Part shown: positions 14,590 to 23,655 of the stretch, piece by piece
Numbering within the stretch: position 1 is the first letter of the stretch
Layout of the letters: each line of letters starts with the position of its first letter
Source of the DNA: a virus
Lineage: Duplodnaviria; Heunggongvirae; Uroviricota; Caudoviricetes
DNA: 26,614 nucleotides
Reading direction: 5' to 3' (one strand)
IMG/VR virus record: IMGVR_UViG_2703719347_000005
Coordinates: 1-26,614 of that record
The notes under the pieces: model-generated
Databases searched by the model: none
What the model was told of the DNA's origin: nothing
What the model saw: only the letters and a program-made list of their open reading frames with translations
Made by a program: the position numbers and the translations under genes

Positions 14590-15072
14590 TTAGCTGATAT
14601 AACGCAGTCCGGGGAAGACAGGGAGCGTGTAGCGGTAACGTGGCCAGGCGGTATCGAGGATATTCATGTAGCCCGCAGTGATCTGCACCTCTGTCGCCGT
14701 CCAGTAACCAGACTTGATTTTCAGCGTATAAGGCACTGCCGCAGGCACTGCTAAATCCGTGGAGATATAGCTCCGGTATGTCAGCGATGCAGGCAATCTG
14801 TTAGCCAGGGCATTGCGGATCGCCGTTGACACAACACCATCGATATTGCACAGGGCAAATTTCAAATCTTGCGTGCCGTCCGCATTACGCGCCGGCAGCG
14901 CAATGTCTATCGCACAGGCGGTAAACGTTACGGTATCGCCGTTCTCCGTCGTTGCCGTAATATCCTCGTAGCCCTGACACAGGTAGTGAATATCTGAGCC
15001 AACGGTGATCTGCAGCGTTTCAATGATCACCTCCGGGCCGCTGCTGGCGTAGAGGCGTTTAATCTGCGTCAT
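14590..15072 (-). CDS. Minor tail protein (160 aa)
   Basis: Assigned from position between tape measure and NlpC/P60 genes; no motif recognised. Confidence 0.4.
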   Translation of the reverse strand: MTQIKRLYASSGPEVIIETLQITVGSDIHYLCQGYEDITATTENGDTVTFTACAIDIALPARNADGTQDLKFALCNIDGVVSTAIRNALANRLPASLTYRSYISTDLAVPAAVPYTLKIKSGYWTATEVQITAGYMNILDTAWPRYRYTLPVFPGLRYIS

Positions 15073-15538
15073 GATTCGGCCACTCCTTATTCAGGGCGAT
15101 ATCAAGCAACGAACTTCCGACTATCCATTCCGGGTAATGCCCCCATCCAGACGGCGGCAATGGGCGCTCCCAGAGTTCTACTGGCGCGGTATATCTCCAG
15201 TAAAGTCCGCCTTCTGGCGTGGGGCCTTTATAAATATCCGTGAAACGACACACGTAATTTTTCAGCCCTACAGGCGTTAATAACGGTATGTTGAACCACG
15301 CCGCCCCATCTGATAACTCATCCCGAAACCACGCCTCAAAAGCCTGCGCCTGGGCATCAGAAAAAATCCAGGCCAGATCTGTTTGGGTTGGTGTCGAGGT
15401 GTAGGCACGCCGCTGCCGTGCCCGGCCAGTTACCATCTGAGTCCGTTTCAGAGGAGATACAGGAGTTAAACCAAAACTCTCTTTAAGCGGACCAGGCAGG
15501 TAAGCGGAGGGGTAATAAAGCGTTGTGGTGATAGCCAT
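15059..15538 (-). CDS. Minor tail protein (159 aa)
   Basis: Immediately downstream of the tape measure gene (stop/start overlap at 15538); no motif recognised. Confidence 0.4.
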   Translation of the reverse strand: MAITTTLYYPSAYLPGPLKESFGLTPVSPLKRTQMVTGRARQRRAYTSTPTQTDLAWIFSDAQAQAFEAWFRDELSDGAAWFNIPLLTPVGLKNYVCRFTDIYKGPTPEGGLYWRYTAPVELWERPLPPSGWGHYPEWIVGSSLLDIALNKEWPNHDAD

Positions 15539-17973
15539 CAGCTAATTTTCCTCCCCGAGGTAGTTTTCCCCATCAAGGCCTTATGCAAATCACCCTGACC
15601 GCTTGCGACTGAATTAACCGCCTTCCGGTATCCCCTTTCTGCCCCCTCATCTGCAGCTTTACGGACCAGCGCCAACGTTGCATCGGAAGGGTTACCATTG
15701 ATGGGGATATTGATTGTGGGCGAATAAATCGCGCCGCCACCTGTTGACTGGTTTGCAACTCGATCCAGAGTGGCATCCAGTTTTGCGCTGGTTTTAGCTG
15801 TCGTAACGCGCTCACCTTTCTGCAGGAGCCAGGTTCCTGTTTCGGGCACAGAGTCGATACCGTCGTGAGCCTGTCCATGAAGCGCCGATCCGATAGCAGT
15901 CATGAACACGCCAGCAGCAGCTGCCGCAGCTATTGCTTGGGTTGACGCCACCACGGGACCTACATAGGGAACACCAATCCAGGCAGTGAAGGCACTCAAC
16001 GCTGCCATTGCTACCTGAGCAGCCGCATATTGCAGTAATGCAGCCCCAACAGATTGAATGAATGTCGCCGCAAAGTCCTGAGCGTTTAATTTACCGGTTT
16101 CCGCCCAGTTAATTACCATATCAGTTAAACTACTAAACGTTTGTGTACCTACTTGCTGCATATTTGCATATAGGTTTGAATATGCAGCAGCTTGATCTGA
16201 TATTCCAGAAACGAAACCTGCGACACCATCGTTTTGTAACTCTTCTAACTTCTTATAGTGTTCCTCTTGAATTCTTAGCCTTTCATTCAGCGAGTTTTGA
16301 AGCGCTTCTTTCTTTTTATCGTATAGACTTTTTTCAATATCTCCAGACTGAAATTGATTTAAAAGCTCTTCCTGTCGAGAAGCAAAATCTTGCTGAATAT
16401 CATTATTATCCTGCATGCGTGAACGTTCACGACTACCAGAATAACGGCCAACTATTTGGTTTTCAAACCCTTGGCGGACTAATTTATTCTGTCTTTCGAG
16501 ATCTGAAACATATTCAGCTACTTTCGCATTTTCCTGATTAAGCCGTAACTCTTCCTTCTTGGAATCAAGGATTTTAGCCGCAGTTCGAAGTTGTTCCTTC
16601 TGCCCTTCAGATAATTTTTTCAGGTTTCCGCTGGTTATATCAAAATTAATCTTCTCCAGCTCGGTTACTTCTGCAGTTTTTTTACCGGTTGTTTCAATGA
16701 GGGCGGCCTGCTTCTGTAAATCAAGAAGCCTACTTTTGAAAGCGTTGTCAGTCGGATTGCTTTTTGGTTTTATTTTGGGCTGATTCTGGTTAGACTCCCC
16801 TTTTCCCAACGAAAAATCATTATCCTTAGCCGTATCAATGCCAAGATCAGAAAGAAGAGATGTGAGTCCTTTCGCTCCTCTATCTACCTGCTCCGGGGTC
16901 ATTCTTGACTTTATCGCGCGAAGAAATTGAAGACGTTTAGTTAAAAAGTCTAATTCGTCTTTTTGTTCCTTACTTTGATTCCCTCGTTTATTAAGGAATT
17001 CAATGCGCTGTGAAATATCACTTTCATCAGCAGCATTATAATTACCTGATACAGCACCTATACGAGAGCGGGTATAAGTAGCAATGGCCCCCAAGCCACC
17101 AGCAATACGCCCCACAACCCCGGCAAGGCTTATGGCTTCACCAACCAAGTCTGATAGCCCCTGAAGAACAGCAGGATCGGTGAAGACGTCACGAATGTCA
17201 TCAAGCCCATCCTGCAATGGCGTAAGGTCAACCTTAGCCAGCCCCGAAGCCATTTCCATTTTAAGACCGCGGGCGCTAGTCTCTATATCCTGAAAGAACT
17301 GATTAACCTTAACAAGGTTATCAATATCTTCTTGCGGTGGTGCGACACCAAAATCTTTTGATAGCTGGATAAACTGTTTCAGCTTCTCGTTGTTGTTGTC
17401 GAACAACGGCAGCATTTTTGACAGGTCATTACCCAGACTTTCGAGAATATTAGTTTTCCCGGCCTGAGTGGGTATTTTCTGTAATGCTTCACTGATTGCC
17501 ATCAGCTGCTTATCTGGGGATTGCTGAGCCAGCTTCTGAGCTGAAAGCCCCAAAGTATCCAGCGCCTGAGCAGCCTCACCTGATTTATTCAGGACCGCAT
17601 CGCCGACCTTATCATTAATGTCTTTGAAAATATCGGCTATGTTGTCACCGGTTAAACCGGCTTGTTCAGCAGCATATTGCCAGGATAACAAATCCTGGGT
17701 GGACATTTTAAGAGATTTTGCCCAGCGATCAACTTCTGTAACCTGCTGTGCAGTATTTTTAACAATGGCTAGCCCAGCAGCGCCAATACCAACAGCTGCG
17801 GTAGCCGCTGCAGCCCCCACAGCAATGATTGAAGAACTTACCTCTTTAGCGTCTTTTTTTACCTGGTCGCGCCACTTCTGAGAAGATCTTTCGGCTTTAT
17901 CCATGCCCTGAACAAATCCACCTACTTTAGCGATCAGGTCGATTGTTAACGTACCGAGGGACTTGCCAGACAT
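15538..17973 (-). CDS. Tail tape measure protein (811 aa)
   Basis: Gly/Ala-rich hydrophobic N-terminal segment (AVGAAAATAAVGIGAAGLAIV), long coiled-coil centre, Ala-rich C-terminal region; SD GGAG upstream of the ATG at 17971-17973. Confidence 0.85.
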   Translation of the reverse strand: MSGKSLGTLTIDLIAKVGGFVQGMDKAERSSQKWRDQVKKDAKEVSSSIIAVGAAAATAAVGIGAAGLAIVKNTAQQVTEVDRWAKSLKMSTQDLLSWQYAAEQAGLTGDNIADIFKDINDKVGDAVLNKSGEAAQALDTLGLSAQKLAQQSPDKQLMAISEALQKIPTQAGKTNILESLGNDLSKMLPLFDNNNEKLKQFIQLSKDFGVAPPQEDIDNLVKVNQFFQDIETSARGLKMEMASGLAKVDLTPLQDGLDDIRDVFTDPAVLQGLSDLVGEAISLAGVVGRIAGGLGAIATYTRSRIGAVSGNYNAADESDISQRIEFLNKRGNQSKEQKDELDFLTKRLQFLRAIKSRMTPEQVDRGAKGLTSLLSDLGIDTAKDNDFSLGKGESNQNQPKIKPKSNPTDNAFKSRLLDLQKQAALIETTGKKTAEVTELEKINFDITSGNLKKLSEGQKEQLRTAAKILDSKKEELRLNQENAKVAEYVSDLERQNKLVRQGFENQIVGRYSGSRERSRMQDNNDIQQDFASRQEELLNQFQSGDIEKSLYDKKKEALQNSLNERLRIQEEHYKKLEELQNDGVAGFVSGISDQAAAYSNLYANMQQVGTQTFSSLTDMVINWAETGKLNAQDFAATFIQSVGAALLQYAAAQVAMAALSAFTAWIGVPYVGPVVASTQAIAAAAAAGVFMTAIGSALHGQAHDGIDSVPETGTWLLQKGERVTTAKTSAKLDATLDRVANQSTGGGAIYSPTINIPINGNPSDATLALVRKAADEGAERGYRKAVNSVASGQGDLHKALMGKTTSGRKIS

Positions 17974-17991
17974 TTAATTTCTCCAGGCAAC

Positions 17992-18014
17992 AAAAAAACC
18001 CCGCCGAAGCGAGG
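17992..18014 (-). terminator. Putative intrinsic terminator downstream of the lipoprotein gene, just upstream of the tape measure RBS
   Basis: Minus-strand RNA CCUCGC-UUCG-GCGGGG (UUCG tetraloop, one U-G wobble) followed by UUUUUUUG. Confidence 0.5.
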
Positions 18015-18042
18015 TTTTGGTTTGTTTATATATTGGTTAAAA

Positions 18043-18435
18043 TTATTTAACTTTTCCCGTATAGCCCGCATTCACCTGAGCATCAGCGGAGTCTATTTTC
18101 CCATGGGAGTAAAAAATAGTATGTGCTTCAGCACCTGTATATCCACCATAGGAGTTTTTAGCATTAATGGTTATCGGAATAAGCCATCCATATCGCATAG
18201 CCCCACCTGATTCAGCTAAAATGCCATCCTTAAACCATGCTTTCTCTGGTGTACCAAAAGTATAATGAGCAGAATATGGGTCTTTTAACATCCTTCCCCA
18301 CCAATCCTTTATCTGCTGCTGATAGTTATCCGGTAACACCCCATAATCAGCCGAGTGCAACTGAACTTGGCTAGGTGGATTTGCGGCGCACGCAGTTAAC
18401 AATAATGCAAATAACATAATCGCTATTTTCTTCAT
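18043..18435 (-). CDS. Lipoprotein (130 aa) moron, putative outer-membrane lipoprotein
   Basis: MKKIAIMLFALLLTAC: classic signal peptide with lipobox LTAC (Cys16), no Asp at +2. Gene is visibly AT-richer than flanking tail genes (by eye) and has its own terminator. Confidence 0.7.
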   Translation of the reverse strand: MKKIAIMLFALLLTACAANPPSQVQLHSADYGVLPDNYQQQIKDWWGRMLKDPYSAHYTFGTPEKAWFKDGILAESGGAMRYGWLIPITINAKNSYGGYTGAEAHTIFYSHGKIDSADAQVNAGYTGKVK

Positions 18436-18498
18436 ATCCCTATCCCATTGGTTATTGTTGTACTGATGATATTGATACCTACAGCGATTTAAAAGTTA

Positions 18499-19148
18499 TC
18501 AATGCCAACTTTTCATAGCTTCTTCAAGAGATAATGGCGCTTCGTTGATGTGCGGTGCAAAGTCACTAACCTTGAACGGAGGCGTGTTCTTTGCCTTATT
18601 GATGTTAGCCAGGACAGAAGCCACCAGCGAAGCCCCCCACTCGGTACGCATCATAACGTTAAGCTGACCATACTTATTACGGTACTTTACCCACACCTGA
18701 AACTCACGAAGGCTCATTCGCTCCTGAGCCTCCGCTATGGTCCGCCCACCGATGCCGTTCATGACTAACTCACACCAGAACTCGTCTTCTCCTGTGAGTT
18801 CGTAGTCTTTCCCAGATCGTTGACTTCCTGGATGACGGCCAGCAAAGCAATAACGATCGGCCCATCGAGCGCGCCACGATCTGGGGTAGCAGTTCCAAGA
18901 ATGTCAGCCGCGGTAAACACTGGGGCGCCGTCCTGATCGCAAATATGCGCCGCAATGCGCTCAGCAATCGGGTCCGATTTCCCGTTATACGCCAGCAGTT
19001 CAGCTTTAGTGGTGTGGTAGCCCATCGGGCGCACATAGACGGTTGCGATATGCTCTTTCCTGTCACGGCCTTTCCACTTAATTTCTTTTTTCACGGGACG
19101 CCCGGTAAAGGCACCGGTTTCTTTTAACGTATCGAGAGTAAGTTGCAT
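18499..19148 (-). CDS. Tail assembly chaperone GT fusion product (by programmed -1 frameshift)
   Basis: The downstream ORF (18499-18762) is in the -1 frame relative to G and overlaps its end. Slippery GGGAAAG sits in the correct zero-frame phase (G GGA AAG). Confidence 0.6.
18765..19148 (-). CDS. Tail assembly chaperone G-like (127 aa)
   Basis: Position between major tail and tape measure genes; ends ...LGKTTNSQEKTSSGVS with the slippery site near its 3' end. Confidence 0.65.
   Translation of the reverse strand: MQLTLDTLKETGAFTGRPVKKEIKWKGRDRKEHIATVYVRPMGYHTTKAELLAYNGKSDPIAERIAAHICDQDGAPVFTAADILGTATPDRGALDGPIVIALLAVIQEVNDLGKTTNSQEKTSSGVS
18806..18812 (-). other. Programmed -1 ribosomal frameshift slippery heptamer GGGAAAG
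   Basis: Plus strand reads CTTTCCC; on the minus strand the G-frame reads CUG GGA AAG. The -1 frame continues ...DYELTGEDEFWCELV-MNGIGG... into the T ORF. Confidence 0.7.
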
Positions 19149-19191
19149 TTCAGCTCCTGAATTGAAAAGCCCGGATAACCGGGCATATTAA

Positions 19192-19683
19192 TTACGCTGC
19201 GGCCTTCGGCACCCATACGGAAGAGCCAGACCGCTGGATCGTGGCGGAGGTCGTCACAACAGCGTTACCCTGAAAATCAAACGGGAAGTCGGAAACGTAA
19301 CCCTGGAAAATGAACCAGGTGCGATCCGATGGCAGCACCAGGCCATCAACAGCATCCTCAGCGCCAGGAGCGGCGGCTGTCGGGATACTGGTTCCATCTG
19401 ACCAGCCAACCGCAAAAGTTAACGGCGTCTGATCATTCGCTTCAGCGAGACCATGCAACATAATGTGGCTGGCGTTCGTCGGATCAGCGTTAAGCCCGAC
19501 GGTTGCGGCCGCAGGCGTTTTAAGCCCCTTTTTGTAGGTTCTTGAATCCCGCTCACTCAGACAGGTATCTTCAATCTGATCGGCAGGGTTGCCGCCGGGG
19601 TTGAAACTGGTGATGCATTCAACCTCGCTGACCACGCCAGACTTGAGCACAAAAAATTGCGTGCCTTGCGTTAATACAGACAT
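19192..19683 (-). CDS. Major tail protein (164 aa)
   Basis: Start ATG 19681-19683 ([16 protein letters not shown]...) with SD GGAG, in the major-tail position. The ORF-track 5' extension to 19713 is rejected. Confidence 0.6.
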   Translation of the reverse strand: MSVLTQGTQFFVLKSGVVSEVECITSFNPGGNPADQIEDTCLSERDSRTYKKGLKTPAAATVGLNADPTNASHIMLHGLAEANDQTPLTFAVGWSDGTSIPTAAAPGAEDAVDGLVLPSDRTWFIFQGYVSDFPFDFQGNAVVTTSATIQRSGSSVWVPKAAA

Positions 19684-19693
19684 GTTTTGTCTC

Positions 19694-19721
19694 CATAAAA
19701 GAAAAACCCGCACAAGGCGGG
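19694..19721 (-). terminator. Intrinsic terminator-like hairpin upstream of the major tail gene
   Basis: Minus strand CCCGC-CTTGT-GCGGG followed by TTTTTCTTTTAT, between the upstream gene stop (19740) and the major tail RBS. Confidence 0.45.
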
Positions 19722-19739
19722 TCAGTTTGGGGTTGTTGG

Positions 19740-20105
19740 TTATCTGGGCGTTATCCAGTCAACATCGAAGGAATAGCGGTATCGCATTGTTTCAGGATCA
19801 CGGCTTTGTTCACCCCATCGGGTGATATAGGCCTTGCCCTCAATCGCGTCGCGTAAAGCACGGGCAACGGCGATCACGTCGGTGTCAGTATCACCATAGA
19901 CATCAACCTGCAGAGAATAGTGATCTGCATCTGGCCGCTGGTTTAGATAATTTTCAGGGTTGCCACCTATGTTTTGCCAGACTGCATAGGGGTAAACGAT
20001 ATTATCGTTCTGCATACCGAACGGATAAAGCCGCACGGGATTAGAGCCTAACAAATCCCTGACTGCCTGGCTGGCTGCGCAAACTGCAAATATTGGAGCA
20101 ATCAT
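19740..20105 (-). CDS. Tail completion / neck protein (DUF3168-like, 121 aa)
   Basis: Pattern ...NPVRLYP...IVYPYAVWQ...LQVDVYG resembles DUF3168-family proteins found upstream of major tail genes. Confidence 0.45.
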   Translation of the reverse strand: MIAPIFAVCAASQAVRDLLGSNPVRLYPFGMQNDNIVYPYAVWQNIGGNPENYLNQRPDADHYSLQVDVYGDTDTDVIAVARALRDAIEGKAYITRWGEQSRDPETMRYRYSFDVDWITPR

Positions 20106-20641
20106 ACCGGCGTTCCTTTTTTAGCCGCCCGTCGCACAGCGCGATCAATGGACTTTTCCAGCTCCGCTGCGAAAATATTAATTACGTCGGTATCAACACC
20201 ATTGATCGCCGGTCGCAAAACAGGCTTTGCTGCTGCGTGCTCTGTGCCGAACTCCAGGAATCGCCAGTACCAGGTATCCCCGCCGGGATTACCTTTATCT
20301 CCGGCAGTGTTAAAGCTTTTACCCACCCTGCCTTTTCGGACGTTGGCCTTTGTATTGGCGTATTGCCTGGCGCCGCCCATCACCCCGACACGAAACGTTG
20401 GATCGCCGGTTCTGCGAAATGCCTTGCTGCTGAAACTGACCACAATGTTTTTGTAGATAGCCTCTTTGGTGAGAGGGTCATCAACCCGCGCGGCATTATT
20501 GCGCGCTCTGTCCCTGATCACGTTTGCCGCTTTACGCAGCGCTGCACGACCGGATTTATCGCGAGTGACCTGTGAGACGGCATCCAGTTTCCCCAGGACG
20601 GAATCGAGCCCAGTCAGGTTTACTTCTACGCCATCAGCCAT
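20102..20641 (-). CDS. HK97 gp10-family tail-component protein (179 aa)
   Basis: Contains WRFLEFGTEHAAAKP, characteristic of the HK97 gp10 family; 4-nt overlap with the downstream gene. Confidence 0.6.
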   Translation of the reverse strand: MADGVEVNLTGLDSVLGKLDAVSQVTRDKSGRAALRKAANVIRDRARNNAARVDDPLTKEAIYKNIVVSFSSKAFRRTGDPTFRVGVMGGARQYANTKANVRKGRVGKSFNTAGDKGNPGGDTWYWRFLEFGTEHAAAKPVLRPAINGVDTDVINIFAAELEKSIDRAVRRAAKKGTPV

Positions 20642-20966
20642 CGTTAGCCCCCTCTGAACATGGCAGTGTCAGGTATTCCCTGCCGCTCCGGGGGTCAGGT
20701 AAAACGCCCTCAATGTTGTAGATGCGGCCACGAAACAGGATCCGATGTTTGCGGGTAACACCCTCACGGTAACGAATCGTTATCCGGGTGGTAACTTCGC
20801 CCTGAGAGGCCTGGGCGGCGATAAACTCACGTGCGGATAAAGCAGCGACTTCGGCCCAAAGGGTTGCGACATCGCGCCAGGTATTAATCACGGCTCCCGT
20901 TGTCGGGTTCTGTTCTTTTACCGGCTCCTGCAGGGTTATCCTGTGACGCAATTTCCCGGCCTGCAT
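20634..20966 (-). CDS. Head-tail adaptor / head closure protein (110 aa)
   Basis: N-terminus MQAGKLRHRITLQ is typical of phage head-tail joining proteins. Confidence 0.6.
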   Translation of the reverse strand: MQAGKLRHRITLQEPVKEQNPTTGAVINTWRDVATLWAEVAALSAREFIAAQASQGEVTTRITIRYREGVTRKHRILFRGRIYNIEGVLPDPRSGREYLTLPCSEGANDG

Positions 20967-20967
20967 A

Positions 20968-21180
20968 TCACCCCCTCGTTCTTTGACTCAGGTACACAGG
21001 GCGATCATCACCCAGTGAAGTGATATCAATATCGTCATCTGCAGCCAGCGACTGGATAATTACATCGGACAGGGCGACGTTAGATTCAGCCAGGCGGTTT
21101 ATCGCTTCCGTCTGCTCTCTCTGTGCTGCTGTTTGTTCTCTCAGCGCTGCTATCAGCGCGTTTACCAGTTGCTCGTTCAT
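20968..21180 (-). CDS. Hypothetical small protein (70 aa)
   Basis: ORF translationally coupled to the adaptor gene; Ala/Gln-rich helical appearance. Confidence 0.35.
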   Translation of the reverse strand: MNEQLVNALIAALREQTAAQREQTEAINRLAESNVALSDVIIQSLAADDDIDITSLGDDRPVYLSQRTRG

Positions 21181-21240
21181 AGGCTATTTTCGTCCACTTT
21201 TTTAACCATTCACGCCGTTTAGCACATCCAGAGCAGCCCA

Positions 21241-21567
21241 TTAATTCCACCTCCGGTGCCGAATCAGAAGCGCTTCAACACCCAGCGGAACTTCCGAAAG
21301 GTTCTGCGCTACCGCTTCGCGGTTCGCATACCAGTGTCCAATCAGCAAAAGCATTGCCGCCCAGATGCCGGAAGTAAAAATAATCTCACGGGGCTGAGTT
21401 TCCCCTTCCACTGGCGGCGTTAATGTTTCGACCAGCGCCCCGTCGCAGAACCGCTCAACATAATCGACGGAGGCCGACGCATAGGCAGAAATAAGCGTAT
21501 CTTCGTCGTCACCATCAACCTTCAGATGCGCCTTTATCTGCGCCAGCTGTTCCTCGCTTATTTCCAC
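21241..21567 (-). CDS. gp6-like head-tail connector protein (~108 aa)
   Basis: EISEEQLAQIKAHLKVDGDDEDTLISAYASASVDYVERFCDG matches gp6-like connector N-termini. Proposed start is GTG 21565-21567 with AGGGGG SD; the ORF-track start at 21633 would overlap an upstream frame. Start is uncertain. Confidence 0.5.
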   Translation of the reverse strand: MEISEEQLAQIKAHLKVDGDDEDTLISAYASASVDYVERFCDGALVETLTPPVEGETQPREIIFTSGIWAAMLLLIGHWYANREAVAQNLSEVPLGVEALLIRHRRWN

Positions 21568-21794
21568 CTTTACCCCCTGGTTTGGCTTTAGCAGGCTCCG
21601 CAGAACCAGAGTCTGTTGCCTTTTCCGGCTCAACCGCCTCGGCCAGATGCAGTTTCACCAGTACTTCGCCGATTCCTTTATGCACCTCGCGGATTTCCCC
21701 CTGAGATACCGTACCCAGGTGATAATGCGAGAACATACGGAGAGCTTTAATTTTCATCGCATTTACGCGGCCATTGCTGGCCGCGCCCTTTTTG

Positions 21795-22958
21795 TTATGC
21801 ACCAGTGCTGACAGCAATATCACCCGTCACAATCGCTGCCGGGCGATAGTGGGCCAGCGCCAGGCGCTCTTCGCAAAGGATGGTCAGCATGTTTTTAACG
21901 AAGTTATCGCGGTCCTGGTTGCTGATCTCGATGGTGGCATCCATGCGATCCCAAACCTGCGACGCCAGGCCAAACGCGCCAACGGTGAATTTGCCTGCCG
22001 TCTGCGCCGTGGTCGACACCACCGGAAGCCCCCAAAGCACTTTCGAGGCAAACGCCTGCGGGCCACCGAGAATGTAATTGCCGTTAGCGTCCTTCAGCAG
22101 GGCAATACGGTGCCAGTCCGCCGGGTTCAGAATGATGCCGTCTGCTTCGAACTCACTCAGCGATACCTGATAGATGGCGTGTGCCAGAACATCAGCGCCA
22201 GTATCTCCGGTTGCGTTGAGTGTGGTTTCGTAGTCGTTCGCTACTACGTTGAGCCCCTGCAGGTTATCGCCGGTACCGTCCCCGTTCAGCATCTGGTTCT
22301 CTTCCACCAGTGCCAGTCCGTACATCATGCGGGAATTGATGTAAGACTCGAGCGCCGGGGCATCATCCATGATCTGGCGCGATGCCTGGATCCAGTGGGC
22401 GATAGTTTTCACGTTCGCCGTTTCTTTGGTGAAGGTGATATTACTTTCCGGCTTGAGGGTACCTTCTGCCACTGGTGCTGCAGCGTTGGTAAACACGTTT
22501 TCGCGCACGTATTCCAGCGCGTTACTGGTGATACGCCCCTGTGCCAGCAAGTCACGCACAGTCAGACGGCGAAGGCCCGGCATAAGAATACCCGGCAGCT
22601 GCTGCGGCTGGACCAGGGCGCCTGCCGACGCTGCGCCGGAACCAATCGCTTTATCAAAGCTGGTGACTTTCGCTTTGGTACGCGAGCCGTCCCAGCCCTT
22701 CATCAGATCTTCAGATACGCGCTGAGCAAATGACTTCTGCGCAGTCTGATCAGGAGAGTTCCCGGCCAGTTTCTGCTCAAGATCGAACAGGCGGGCACCG
22801 GTGGCTTTCAGTTCTTCCTGTGCTTTCGTCAGATCGGTCTGCATCTGCTTGTTGATTTCACCGGTCTGGTTGATGGATTTACGCTGTTCTTCGATAAGCT
22901 CCTTTACTTCTTTTTGGGAGTTTTCGATAGCTTTTTCCAGTACAGATAATTCAGACAT
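21795..22958 (-). CDS. Major capsid protein, HK97 fold, with N-terminal coiled-coil delta/scaffold domain
   Basis: 387 aa; coiled-coil N-terminal ~100 aa then a capsid body; lies directly after the prohead protease gene. Confidence 0.85.
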   Translation of the reverse strand: MSELSVLEKAIENSQKEVKELIEEQRKSINQTGEINKQMQTDLTKAQEELKATGARLFDLEQKLAGNSPDQTAQKSFAQRVSEDLMKGWDGSRTKAKVTSFDKAIGSGAASAGALVQPQQLPGILMPGLRRLTVRDLLAQGRITSNALEYVRENVFTNAAAPVAEGTLKPESNITFTKETANVKTIAHWIQASRQIMDDAPALESYINSRMMYGLALVEENQMLNGDGTGDNLQGLNVVANDYETTLNATGDTGADVLAHAIYQVSLSEFEADGIILNPADWHRIALLKDANGNYILGGPQAFASKVLWGLPVVSTTAQTAGKFTVGAFGLASQVWDRMDATIEISNQDRDNFVKNMLTILCEERLALAHYRPAAIVTGDIAVSTGA

Positions 22959-22969
22959 GTGTTACTCCG

Positions 22970-23650
22970 TTAAGGTGTCCGCAGGTTAGCGGCAAATGAG
23001 TTAATGCGCTGTGCCAGCGCGTCAATGTCGTCGCTACCGAACTCGCTTCGGCCTGCAGACTTAACACGGGCGATAAATGCCTGTGCTTCAGAACGCGAAA
23101 GCCCGACTGAATCCCTCAGCCAGGCCTCCGCATCGCGAATAGATTTGATACTGTCGATGCTCTTCATAGCCGTTACGCCAGCGAGCTCGTTGGCCGGGAA
23201 AGTACAGACGCTAATTTCCCGCAGGTAAGAGATGTTTTTGAAGATGAGCCCTGACGTGCCAACGGTGTAATCATCAGGCCCAACGGAAAACCCCACTGAC
23301 ATCCCTTCAACCGTGCCATGCTGCATGGCAGCTTTCAGGTCTTCGGCCAGGCTAAGCCCTGGAGTAAGTTGACCACGGACAAATAGCCCCTTGTCATCTT
23401 CATGCATTGCATCCCATTTACCGACCGGGATAGCACGTGTCTGGTGGTTAAAGAACATGGCCACCTTGCGACTCTGGTTAGCAATCACACCAGCGAAAGC
23501 ACCTGGCAAAATAATGTCGCCATCGGCGTCGGTGTTATTAAAAACCGAGGCATACCCTTCAAATGTTCCCTTACTGCCGTCGCCGATGAACTTGATTTCT
23601 GTCTGGTCGAAAGCCAGCGTCTTCTGAATGTCAGGCATCATAGCCCCCAT
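22970..23650 (-). CDS. Prohead protease (HK97 family)
   Basis: 226 aa between portal and capsid genes; GYASVFNNTDADGDIILPGAF-type N-terminal region typical of HK97 prohead proteases. Confidence 0.75.
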   Translation of the reverse strand: MGAMMPDIQKTLAFDQTEIKFIGDGSKGTFEGYASVFNNTDADGDIILPGAFAGVIANQSRKVAMFFNHQTRAIPVGKWDAMHEDDKGLFVRGQLTPGLSLAEDLKAAMQHGTVEGMSVGFSVGPDDYTVGTSGLIFKNISYLREISVCTFPANELAGVTAMKSIDSIKSIRDAEAWLRDSVGLSRSEAQAFIARVKSAGRSEFGSDDIDALAQRINSFAANLRTP

Positions 23651-23655
23651 AAAAA

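Noticed and set aside
21515-21757. 80-aa ORF (MKIKALRMFSHYHLGTVSQGEIREVHKG...) between capsid and connector genes
   Set aside because: Overlaps the connector ORF's upstream frame and has a low-complexity Gly/Lys tail; possibly a small head protein but not supportable from sequence alone, so not listed as a feature.
21774-22733. 319-aa plus-strand ORF and several shorter ORFs overlapping the major capsid gene
   Set aside because: Antisense to a confidently identified capsid gene; Arg/Cys/His-rich low-complexity translation typical of spurious reverse-strand ORFs in GC-rich coding DNA.
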